Shown piece by piece: positions 23,862 to 36,232 of a stretch of DNA of 64,000 nt. Where the stretch lies: NCBI GenBank assembly GCA_015680685.1, contig MNCI01002923.1, positions 344,669 to 408,668 on the forward strand. The letters run 5' to 3'. This DNA comes from Gnetum montanum (taxonomy: Eukaryota > Plantae > Gnetophyta). Both the position numbers and the translations under genes were made by a program. The notes under the pieces are model-generated. The model was not told where the DNA came from. It worked only from the letters and a program-made list of their open reading frames with translations, and ran no database searches. Each line of letters opens with the position of its first letter. The first letter of the stretch is position 1.

Positions 23862-24696
23862 TAATGAGTGGCAAGTAGATCCTACACCCAATCATACAAA
23901 TCACTAAACGTTCATGCACAATCCAGTCAAATTTCATGGACTTATAGCCTTCTAAGTACACTGGTTTCTAGGAAGTAAAACTAACCATTGCAATTGTTGT
24001 CTTCCCAATTGCACTTGTGAAATGCAAAGGTATGGTTAAGTGCAACTCAAGCATGTGATTTTTATCAATTTTATGTTTTATGTTCTAAGTCACCTAAAAA
24101 TAAAGAATAGAGAATTAAAGATATTTAATTGCTAATTTAATCTAACTAGATAATATCTAACTAATCCTAGCATAAGTATCCATTCCCACTTTCTGTACAC
24201 ATCTTGAACACGTTTAACGCTACTAGGGTACCATATGTTAATCGTTACTAGGATTACAAAGCACCAAGTGTATGCTCAAAGTGGTTGTACTTATGTGCTT
24301 AATTAATCATTATTTAATCTAGCTTACTTTAGCTTAATTTATTTCATAATTAATTATTTAATTACTTAAATAATTAAAATAAATTGCATAAAATACTAAA
24401 TGCATAAAAAAATAATTAATCTATTTCAAAGTGCTACAAGGTTAATCAAAAACCTCGTCTTTATTGGCACACACACTATCATGCTCAGGTACAACAATGC
24501 TCGAATAAAGATTCGTACTGTGGGCATTTAGAAAATCATTCTAACTTTCAAGCAAGAAATTTGTAAGAGCTCTACTACAACTATGATAAAAGATGTCATA
24601 AACACAATGCGTGAGCATGTATTTATAGGCAAAAATAGACACTATGTTGATGAGGTCATGTTAAGGCATCAAATCATACGTTGACATAACTCATCA
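23862..24696 (-). repeat. 3' LTR of Athila-like copy 4
   Basis: Reverse complement begins TGATG (24696) and ends ..CACTCATTA (23862); TATA rc at ~24621-24628. Confidence 0.85.
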
Positions 24697-27556
24697 TACC
24701 CCCATGACTAAAAGAAAACTCATCCTTGAGTTAAAAAAAAAGAGAAATAAGTTTCTTACAAAATTTTGAGAATGTATGGGATTATTAACTAACTACTAAC
24801 ATACACAAACACAAACAAACACTAAGTGCTTGAGTGTATGGATTTACAATCATTACAAAATTTTGGTGTTCAGGACAATAAAATCGAACACCAGGATAAA
24901 AATGACTAACATAATTCCTCTGCAGGCACAAAGATGAGGAAGAAGTTCAAATGGTCCTAGGTAGTGGATGTTCCTGAGGCTTTGAAGGACCTTCTCCTGC
25001 TTCAAGCACATGTAGTGGTTGAGGCAGTTGTGATTAACCTACTGCAACTGCAACTTCTAGTGGAAAAAGAAAGGCATCCAATAGTTTCTTCATCTTCTCC
25101 TCCTTACTTTTGGAATTATTCATGGTCCAAGTCACATCATGAATGTGGGCCAGTGTGGGAACATCCTAAGGATAGGACATTCCTAGGAATAGCTCCTTCA
25201 CATTGATGAACTAGACAGTGAAAGGTTTGTGTTCAACATCAAACACCTTTACTACATTTTGTAGCTCCTATTAGTCAGTCATTCTCCTAACTAGGTTCTC
25301 AACTGTAGATCATTGATTAGTGAAGTGCTACCTAAACACATCAAGTTCTACATTTTCCATCTCAAGCTTCTTCTTGGTGTCTTTGTGGTGCTTAAACTGT
25401 GCATTGTACGATAAGTAGGAACTGACCACCTATTTCTCCAATTTAGACCATGATCATCTAGCAATCAACATTGTCAAATTTTCATAATGAAGATTAGCAA
25501 GCTCCATGTACTTCAACATCTTATCTGCAACTCCTTCATGTAGATCTCCACCTTGTTGTAGTTATTAAGCTTATCAAAGATAGGCTACTAGACATCACCT
25601 CCTTCCTTGAGTTGCTAGAGGATCATATTAAATTTTGCCTTCACCATATGAATGAGGTTGTGCATTGATTTCTTTTTATAGATCAACTAGATCTTTGTAG
25701 TGATTTTTAACTCTATCAAACTTGACAGCCTTATTTTTCCAAGAAACTACCTCTATTGTTGATTTTTGGCAAATGGCTCGAACTTCCTCTATGAAGAGAT
25801 TTCTATTTTCAACTACCAATCTCCTTAGTTCAGTATTTACTTTAGCTAGCTACTCCTGCTATTAATGGATAAATTCTTGCATTTACCACTTTTGCATATC
25901 AACATTATACAAGCAATGATTTTCTACAATCAAAGTTACATTCTCTTGATGATTTTGGTTAAAGGCCTTTTGGATATTATGCATGGTGGCATCAATTAAG
26001 GACTGATCAAAGATTGTTATCTCCTTTGCATTCTCAACCTTCTTAAGCTCGTTTTGAAGCTATTGAAAAGCTTCATCACAAGTTAGTATAGGGTTGAGAA
26101 ATGTAGGATTAGCAAGGCAAGCTCTTAGTTCAACAACCTCTGCAGCCAAGCATTGGTTTTGAGCTCAGGCTATTTTGAGTTACCCCTCCATGATAATGCA
26201 TTTACACCTTGCTTCCAACATCTCCAATTTGGTTTCCATGATTGTATCTAGAACGTTAAAGACATTTAGAATTAGTTTCTTGGTTCCCACCAGTCATTCT
26301 AGCAACTCCTCATGCTAGGATATACTCAATCTACTACTAACTATTCCTGTAGACATCTACACATCTCTAAGTGTACAAACATCTGGTACAATCGCTGCAG
26401 GTGCATTCAATCCCTCAACAATTCTATTAGCAACCATCTCTACTACTGTAACCTACCCATGGTGCTACATCACCAAGACAATTACCCCCTCATCCTCCTC
26501 TAGATGCACCAAGAAAATAGTGACATTCCAAGAGATTTCTAGGAATTGCTACTCTTTTGAGAGAGATACCATTACCTCTTGGGCCCTAAGATTTAATCTC
26601 ATGGGAAACTATGTTCTTTAGGCTGAGAAAATTGGCCCAACCTCTTCCATCTAGCTAATGGTTCAAGCCACTTCATTGAGGTGGCTCATGGTTGGGTGAT
26701 ATATAAATGGATCCCCATAACTTGTTCCTACTCATTACTCCTACTCATGCAAGAGTTACTCTTGAATCTTATGCATTCATTCAAGGGAAATGTAGGAATC
26801 TAGCATTGTTTTGTGAGTCGGCAGTGGAGGTGGTGGTTGCTACTCCTCTTTCTTGGTTATGGCATGGGTCTTATCTTTCATCATTTTTTCCGAAGAGGTA
26901 GAAGGAGCATACCTTATTGCATCATTAGTGTAGTAAACTATTCATGACCTTTTGCATAGTTTTCTAATGAGGTAGGGAAAGGGTAGGGCCTTGTTTCCAC
27001 ATTTGTTTTTCCCTAAATCACTTCTCTATCTCCAAATAGATTAGCTGTGGAAGGTTCACAAGGAATTTTCTACTTAGAGTAGCACAGGCACAAGTGGAAA
27101 AGACAATCACCTTACTGTGCCTCATCATCAGATTGAGGTGATGGACCACTATCTTAAAATACACACGTACCACCATAGTGAGCACACCATACTCCTTGCA
27201 ATCCACTCTATACTGTTGTTGGGTCCACTTCTTCTTTACCTCAAGGTCTACTTGAGTTGAGATCTCTACCAAGCTAGTTCCAATATTAGGCAAGCTAAGA
27301 CCTTGTGCAATTACTTCTACCAAGTAGGACATGCGAATGTCCTTAATTCTAACTATGACACCTAGCTTCTAGTTGTTCTGGAAGAGGTAGGTCTCTCCCA
27401 TGTACCACTCCCCACTGGAAGTGATGATTGGCCACATGGAAGAGGTTTGTAATTGAGCTTTAACTTCCTCTAGAGAAAACTCAAGGAATGTTCCAAAGTT
27501 TAGTTCTTAGAGAACTAAACATTGAACATCCCTAGGCCTAATTTGATCAAGGCTAG

Positions 27557-30500
27557 TGAAACACCACCAAATCTAGACTATGGCATTCCAACTGCAAGTT
27601 TTTGGCTAAGTGTTGAGACTACACTCTCCCCCAAATGGGAGCATAGTCAGCCTCTCATAAAGAGCATAGCCAGCATAAGGCTAGTTTTCAAAAATTTTGC
27701 TAAGTGTTGATACTAAGCTCTCCATGCTCTCCAAGTTTCATTCTTCAAGTACTCTATGGTCTTCTCGACACACACATGTAGTTGGTAGCATAGTCACAGT
27801 CTCATAGTCTTGCAGAGTCTAATAGAGCATAGCAAAGCACAACACCACTAGCTCCATCTGTACACCACATATTTAGTGACTACACTGAGTGTAGTCCCAA
27901 TCACCCCCTCCATCATGTGGTAGTCATCTTGCATTTTTTGCTGACCCTAAATCTATAAATACATGCGCCCACAAATTTTGCAGGGTTGGCAAATCTAAGG
28001 AGCGCTTGGAAGAAAACCAAAGGCATAGTGATGAACTGGTTAACAAGTGAAGTGACAAACCACCAACAAAACATTGAATCCAATAATACACCATGATTGC
28101 CAACCTAGTAGACATGGACACCTTAAACTAAAGTTGTGTTTACAGGATGAAGCCACAAGCGACTATGCAAAGGCGCATTTCATCATAGTAGCAAGTCACC
28201 ACATCACTCCGATGTGCATGATTGGACTAGCTAAACCTTTCAAGAGTGCATATCCCTATTATCCCATTATATCCTACTCACATCTACTCCTATATCTCAA
28301 TACCCTTTCATTTTCCACATAACAAAGATTACAAACCTTTTTAACACTCACATGTTATGACCACATCACACCCTCTTCACATCAAGCTTCAAAACTCAAG
28401 GTGGCAATAACATGAGTCATCACTTGGGGAGCCTCTGTTGGTCAGTCAAAGCCTACAAAAATGTAACATAAGTCATCTTGAGGAGGAAACACTTGTCATA
28501 TAGATGTGATGAATTTTCACAAATGACAAAGCAAAGTCCATCTAATGACATGCAACTCACTTGATAGGAAGCACTGCATAGTAAGCATTTAGTAATGTGT
28601 AGAGCCCATAGAAGGTTCATCCCACCAAAAAATGGGGTGTGGTGGGGGGGAGAAGCACATTGCTAAGAAATCTAGTAGCAAAGTAGTTCTACAACCAACC
28701 TAGCCTTCAACCTACACCTTGACTCTTTCACAAGCACTCTAACAAGACGTCAAAGTTTTCAAAGGTAAGCCACATTGGTGCCATGATCACCATCAATCGT
28801 CATGCCCTTGCATCATAACATCTCATTCACATCTCATCTTTCCTTTTATCCCCAACACATTACCTACACCTTTTAATCTTGCTTCTCATCTACTATCTAG
28901 CATACCACTATCCATAGCACTCTTAGGCACAGTGTAGTGACATCTAATCATGTACCAAAGAGTGATGTTGGTGCCAAGTCTACTGTGGTGTTTTGTTGTT
29001 CTTTATCAATGTCTAACAAGCCACTTCTCCAAACATCAACAAAGAGGGGCCAATGAAACACTACCAAATCTAAACTATGGCATTCCGACTACAAATTTTT
29101 TACTAAGTGTTAAGACTACACTCTCTCCTAGATGGGAGCATAGTTAGCCTCTTGTAGAGAGTTTAGTCAACAAAAGGTCAGTTTTTGCAAATTTTGCTAA
29201 GTGTTGAGACTATGCTCTTCCCCCATTGAGAGTGTAGTCAACTTCTCATGGAGAGCATAGTCAGCCTCTTGTAGAGAGCATAACTAGCAAAAGACTAGTT
29301 TTGTAAATTTTGCTAAGTTTTAACACTACACTTGACCCTAGTTGAGAGCGTAGTCAGCCTCTTGTGGAGAGTGTAGTTAGTAGGAAGGCTAGTTTTGCAA
29401 TTTTTTCTATGTGTTGACACTACACTCTTCCCCAAATGGAAGTGTAGTTAGCCTCTTGTAGAGAATGTAGTCAGCAGGAAGCAAGTTTTCACAAGTTTTG
29501 GCAAGTCTCGAGACTACGCTCTCCCCCAGTTGCAAGCATAGTTACCCTCCCATGGGGAGTGTAGTTTGCAAAAGATCCATTTTCTCACAAACTTCACCAA
29601 CATTGAGACTATGCTCTCTCCCAACCTAGAGTGTAGTCAACTTCTTGTAGAAAGCATAGTTAGCTAGAATAGTCTCCAGTAGCCTCCACAACATAGCAAC
29701 GATGCTTAGTTCAACTTCAAAATGCAATGAACTCACCTTCAGTAAGTGTAGTTGGCAAGATACTTCTTTTTTGTATCTCTTTTTGCCCCAAAATTGTAAC
29801 TACACTTGACCGCATGCAAGAGCATGAAGAGCGTAGTCCTACAGAGTGTAGTCTTTAAGTTTAATTTTTTAAGTACCTTGCAATCTTCTTGGCATACACA
29901 TGTAGTTAGCAAAGTAGTCACAATCTCGCAGAGTCCAACAAAGCATAGCAAAGCACAATACCACCAGCCCCATCGGTACACATCATGAATAGTGACTACG
30001 CTGAGCATAGTCACAATTATTCCCTCCACCATGTGGCAACCATCCCACATTTTTTGTTAACCCTAAACCTATAAATACATGTGCCCTCAAATTTTCCAAG
30101 GTTGGAAAATCTAAGGAGCACTTGGGAGAAAACCAAAGGCATAGTGGCAAACTAGTGAATAGGCAAAGTGGCAGACCACCAGTAGAACACCAAATCTAGC
30201 AGTACACCATGGCAACCAACTCAGTAGATGTGGACACCTTATAGAACACCAATCTTTGTGGCCAGATACCCTAAGGACTATGACTACACTGTCCACTTGC
30301 ACCTATTGTACACCACATACCTTCTAAACTCTCTTCTAGAGTTAAGTATGCTCAACCCCATTTTGGGTGGTATTTTGCTCCATTTCCTCCATTTCTTTGC
30401 ATTTTCCACACTTTACTTGCATTCTTTGTTGTTTTTACTACATAAACATGCTTGAACTACCCTTGAGTGATGGTCTCCATGCATTAACACCACCAACTTC

Positions 30501-30805
30501 ATTGAAACTATTCACTACACTCGTCCCCCTCAGGCACGTGTGACTACGCTCAACCCCATTGACACCATCAACATTACAAACATCGTGAACATTATAAACA
30601 CCACTTGCACCCTTAGCATCATTCCATGTTAGCACCGCGGCTAACCATGCTACACCCCTGTTGCATCCAGTAAGTTCTTGTTCAATCGGCCAAACTATTT
30701 AGGGCACCCCATCTCTACCTCCAACAGGCCCTCACACAAATTTGGGGTTAGGCTATGCACCTGTGGACCTTAGTGTTCCAACCATTGATATTTTTTATCA
30801 TCATA
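27557..30805 (+). mobile_element. Internally deleted Tat/Ogre-like element (partial 5' LTR, 3' UTR, PPT, 3' LTR)
   Basis: Starts TGAAACACCACCAAAT; host ORF resumes at 30806; 27557-28125 is homologous to the 3' LTR; PPT AAAGAGGGGCCAA at 29041-29053. Confidence 0.8.
29054..30805 (+). repeat. Tat-like 3' LTR (~1.75 kb) with ~80-bp tandem units at 29100-29670
   Basis: TGAAAC start after the PPT; end aligns with rc of 33112 (..TTATTACA); AAACCCTAAACCTATAAATA-type promoter at ~30059-30078. Confidence 0.85.
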
Positions 30806-33111
30806 GCAGGCACAGGTCAAGGTAACTTCACGTCTAGGCACATGACCCAGTGTCTCATCTTAGTGAGACTGCTCTATTTCTACTTCTTCTGACATCTAAT
30901 GAAAAAATTCAACTTTAAGGTCCTCACGAAGAGATCTCGTGACATGAGTTTCGGCTTCCTACTCCTAGGGTTGTTCTTGTTGGCCCCTTCTAGTTCTAAG
31001 TTGTTTGTCACTTGGTTGGGATGATCCTCCTTCTTGTGGGCATTTTGGTCTAGGTGCCATCTATAATCATAACATGACCAAGGATTAGCACTTAATATGT
31101 AACTTTGAAACATTTGGAATACCTTATCTCTTGGGGTAGTTACACTTGGCTAAGTTGTGATCATGGCCAGTTTGATTGTTTTAATATTATTTTTTATTAT
31201 TATTTGATTAAATAGGTTTCCAAAGTTTATTGGAAGGGTTTAAGTTCCATAGGTTGATGATTTAATATTATTTTATCATTTAAACCCATGGCGGAGTTAG
31301 AAAAATTTTGAGAAAATTTCTGTCAAAAACCAAAAGCCTAAGGTTTCCAACCCCCATGACGTAGAGTATATCTTCAATAGCTAGAGGACTAAAAAATGAT
31401 TGAAATTGAATAACCAATGCAAAAGATATGGGCTCTAGAAGGTTTGGGGCTTTGAAAAATCACAACAACACCCCTCTTGTTTGAAGTAAAATGGCAAAAA
31501 TTGCTAAGTGTTATGCTCTATTTATAGTATTTTTACCATGCATCAACAAGGCTATGTCAACACAAAAGCTAGCATATATGGGGCCATGTCAATGCATCTA
31601 TTGACTACCATTGACTTTTCAAAAAAAAATTCAAGAAATACAATGAGCTTTTACATGAAATTGATTTCTTTTGGGAACCCATGAAGTCAAGAACATGATG
31701 AAATCCTTGAAGAGGGTTTGATAGGTTGTAAAAATGGAGAAATGGAAGAATGAAATATTATTGAAGAAATGCCTTAAGGAACACACAATTGGATGCAACC
31801 AATCAGAAATGTAAATGATTTAATTACAAAAATGCCTAATGATAAGGGACTTAACTAGCCCAACGAAGAGCTATTTAAGTGGATCCTCTCCATAGCATGC
31901 TCATGCCCTTTTTGGCCTTACATAACCTTAAATCAAGAAGTCCGTGGACCCCATAGTTGATTAATGATTATGAAAATTTAAGGACCAAATTCCAAATAAT
32001 CTACCTAAGAATTTCAAGACATCAAACTAAGACATTGAACCACACATGGAAACTAATAGTGAGGTGAAAAATGTAAAGCACTGATGGATGAGAGAGAAAG
32101 TGGAATGAAGTTCCAAATCATGGTCACATAAAGTCCCTTGTGGATTATGTGGTTAGATGACTTGATAAAATCCATCCTTAGCCTAGACCAAAACCAACCA
32201 CTTTTAGTGACTTCACATCACCATCCTATGACTAGTCCATCCTCTCAAGACATAAGAATTCTCCCAAAGATCAAACACCATTTCTTATTTGAGAAGAAAA
32301 GAAACACAAGTAGTGAAAAAGGGCCTTAGTTATAGGATACATTCAAGCATGGGTAACATGTCTTTCTAGTCCCATAAACAATGCTTGGAGCCTATTTATT
32401 TTGTCTAAGGGGTGTGCATTGAATTTCCATCGTTTTTTTTTAATTTTATGTTTTTATGGATTTTTTGGATGGGAACCACACCATGAAAAAACTTATTCAA
32501 CTTCCTATTATTAGTCAATATAGAATGATGAGAAATCCATGAAAAACACTCAAGCACTAAAGTAAGTAGAAAAGTACAAAGAGTAATGAATCCCCTTGAA
32601 GTCACACCCTTTCCACACCTTTTTATCTTCCCCAATTTTGGAAACTACCAAGTTCATAAATTTGTTAAGGTTTTATAAATGAAAAAGTTACCTCATACTT
32701 CCAAAACAAGGAAAACCATAAAGTTAATGGATGGGTGGATGATGTAGACTTACTACCCATTCCATGAAAAAGAAACTTTGTCTTAATCATCAATCATCAA
32801 AATTCAAAAATAGAAATTAGACATTTGCAACCAAGAACATTAGGTACAAACCACCATTTTTAAACAACTATAGCATCACTATGTCCTATTGGAAATAAAG
32901 TAATTTTATTAGAAAACAAAGAAAATTCACACCAGAATAAAGGAAAATATAAAAGAAATTGTAAAATATTCAAGAAAAATAAAGCATACTAACAATGTTG
33001 TAAAACAAAAATTTGGAAAAATAGCAAAGTGTAAAATAAAAAGATATAAAAATAAAGAAAGTGTAAAAAAAAAGCTGCAAAACAAAAAAGTACAAAACTT
33101 GAGGAGCCACT

Positions 33112-34526
33112 TGTAATAACCGAAAACATAGACGACTAGAACACCAACGTCTATGGGTGCATAGCCTAACCCCAAGTCTGCATGAGGGCTTGCTAGAGGT
33201 AGAGACAATGTGCCCTAAATGGTCTTGTCAATCAAACAGGGACTTACCGGATACAACCGAGGTGTAGCATGGTTAGCCATAGTGCTAATGCAAAATGGTG
33301 CTAAGTGTTCAAATGGTGTCAACGGTGTTAATGGTGTTAATGGAGTCAAGCATAGTCAAGAGTTTTGGTGAAAATGGGGATGTCAACATGTGGAGAACAC
33401 CATCCAAGCATAGTTTTAGGCGCATGTAGGCAGTGAAACAATGAAAAATATGAATAAAATCCTAAAAATGCAAATAGAGAGAGAGAAGAAGAACACCACC
33501 CCAAATGGGGTTAAGTGTAGTTAATACAAAAAGGGGTTAGAATGTACACAGTGTACAACATGCATAGTGGGCAGTGTAGCCATAGTCTTAGGGGTGTTTG
33601 GCCACAAAGACTGGCATTCTGTTGAGGTGTCTGCATCTGTCAGGTTGGCCACCACAAAGTACCATTGGTTGCGATGTTCTGGTGGGCTATAGTGGGCTGG
33701 GGTGGTCTGCAACTTTGTCGGTATGCCTTTAGTTCTCTCCCAAGCACTCCTTAGGTTTGCCAAGTCTCTAGTTTGTGAATTCTAAAATTTTCCAACCCCA
33801 AAAATGTTGAGGGAAAGGGTATTTATAGGCTTAGGGTTAGTAGAAGATGCAGAATAGTTGCCACGTGATAGAGGGGATGGTTGGGACTATGCTATCACCC
33901 AACTATGCTCTCCACTAGGCTAGTGGTGTCATTCTTTTTTGTACTCTATTGAACTCTATGAGACTGTGAGACTGTGACTATGCTTCCAACTACATGTATG
34001 TTCTGAGAATACCACAAGGTACCTAAAACAATGCAATCTTGGAGATTACGCTCTCCACTATCTCATATGGGGTCAACTGTAGTTATAATTTGGAGCCTAA
34101 AAGGGGATAGAAAAAGGTGCATTTTGCTAACTATGCTTGCCAAAGGTGAGTTGGACCTAAGCTAAGTGGTTTTATTCTGTTGTGAAGGCCACTCAAGACT
34201 ATTCTAGTTAACTACACTCTGGACTTGGGAAGAGCATAGTCCTACACTTAGAAAAATTCTTCAAAAATTGGGTATGTGCTAGCTACGCTCTCCACTGGAG
34301 GTTAACTACACTCCAAATTAGGGTTGAGCATAGTCCTAGCACTTAGAAAAAATTGCAAAAATTGGCTTTTTGTGCTAACTACACTCTCCACAAGAGGCTC
34401 ACTACACTCTAACGTAGTGCAGAGCATAATCCCAGCACTTAGGAAAATTTGTAGCAACTGGCCTTGTGCTAACACTTCAAAACATTTGTAGTCTAGATGT
34501 TGTAGTCTAGATTTGGTGGTGTTTCA
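33112..34526 (-). repeat. 3' LTR of element A
   Basis: rc TGAAAC...ATTACA; PPT rc TTGGCCCCTCT at 34527-34537; homologous to 29054-30805. Confidence 0.9.
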
Positions 34527-35699
34527 TTGGCCCCTCTATGTTGAAATTTGGAGGAGTGGCCCAAGAGACATTGATAAGAATAGCAAAACACCGTAGCAAG
34601 CTTAGCACCAACATCAATCTCCAATGCATGGTCGAATGTCACTGCATTATGCTCGAAGAGTGTTGTGGATAGGGGCATGCTAAATTGTAGGTGAAAAGCA
34701 AGAGAAGGAATAGGCTATGTGTTGGGAATAAAAAGGGAAAGATAAGGTGCAAACGGGGTATTATGATGTCATGACTAATGGTGACCACTACACTAAAGTG
34801 GCTTGCCCTTGAAAACATTGTGAGAGAGTCAAGGTGTAGGTTCAATGCTAGGCCAATTGCGACATTGCTTTACCAACTTAATTGCATGGCAATGTGCTTT
34901 CCTCTTTTTTTGTGGGGTAAAAATCCCTTGGGCTCTACACATTACCAAATCCCTACTATGGAGTGAAATGCTTCTCATCAAGTGAATTGCATGTCACTAG
35001 ATCAGATTCACTTCATCATTGATGAAATGGTATGGTGTCTATACAATAGGTGTTTCCTCCCCAGGATGACTTATGTTACATTCACCTAGGTTTGATCGAC
35101 CGACAAAGGCTTCCCATGGATGACTTATGTTACATTCACCTTCGGAATCTTGATGTTTGATGAGATATGCAAAAAGGGTGCCATGTGGTCACAGCACATG
35201 AGCATCAAAAAATTTTACTAGCTTTGCTATGTGGAGGATGGAAGGATATCTAGATATAGGAGTAGGTGGGAGTAGGATATAATGGGATGAGTAGATGTGT
35301 GCACTCTTGAGAGGCTTAGCTAGTCCAATCATGCACATCGAAGTGATGTGGTGACTTACTGCTGTGATGAGAGATGCCTTTTGCATGATGACCTAAGGCT
35401 TCATCCTCCAAACACAACTCTAGGAAGACAAGAAAACCACACAACATAAAAAAATGCCAATAAATTGCAAGGGGAAAAGATTTTACAAGTGCTCCAAAGG
35501 CTACTCCCATGGAAAGTGCTAAAAAAACTAGCAAAATTGTGAAGGGCCAAAATTCTACAAGTGCTCCAAAGGCTATTCCCATGGCAAGTGCTCCATTCTG
35601 GGACTGTAGGATGTTTGCCCACATGGTGTAAAAGGTGGGGTAAGGGTTATGCCCAGTCGCTCACTTGCAAGAGGATGGAAGGAATTATTAATGATTGAC

Positions 35700-36200
35700 C
35701 ATGAACCTAGTTTAAGATCTTGGTAGACCATGGCTTTAGAAGTTTAAGGTCCTAATAGACCATGAGCCCAGTTTAAGGTCATGGTAGACCATGCTACACT
35801 AGTTTACCATACTAGCATACTACTATGTGCAACTTTAACATTGTAGTGGATGTGTTATGCCATATTAAAGTTATTGTGGACTACTAGTTTATAGTCATAG
35901 TGGATGCGTTGTGCTAGTTTAACATCATGACCCAAGGATGAGCTATCCCAGTTTAGCATCGTAGCAGATGAGCTATGCTAGTATAACATCATAGCAAATG
36001 AATTGTGTGTGTGTGTGTGCCAATTTAACATCATAGTGGATGAGTTATGCTAGTTTAACGTCATAGCAGACACTCTATGCCAGTTTAACATCATAGTGGA
36101 TGAATGTTATGCTTGTTTAGCATTGTAGTAGATGACTACACTACTTTAGTATCATAGTGAATGTGCTATACCAATTTAGTGTCATAACGGATGAATGCTT
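35700..36200. repeat. ~32-bp tandem array (GCCAGTTTAACATCATAG..) downstream of integrase
   Basis: About 14 degenerate units with an AGTTTA core. Confidence 0.85.
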
Positions 36201-36232
36201 ACCTTATTTCATTGAGATGCAGTGTTGCATGC

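Larger units (their letters stand above)
24947..31060 (-). pseudogene. env-like accessory ORF, copy 4, split by insertion 27557-30805
   Basis: ORF 27018-27332 VVHHLNLMMRHSKV..KFLVNLPQLIYLEIEK is homologous to 16826-17032; intact ATG GCA at 31060. Confidence 0.7.
23862..33111 (-). mobile_element. Athila-like copy 4, 3' part (post-INT region, env-like ORF, PPT, 3' LTR), carrying a nested Tat-like element
   Basis: Reverse-complement homology to 9960-15802; PPT rc TACCCCCATG at 24697. Confidence 0.85.

Noticed and set aside
35700-36200. CRISPR-like look of short conserved cores with variable intervening sequence (also 51940-52450 and 29100-29670)
   Set aside because: Intervening parts are homologous to each other and the repeats are degenerate; no cas genes; eukaryotic retrotransposon context
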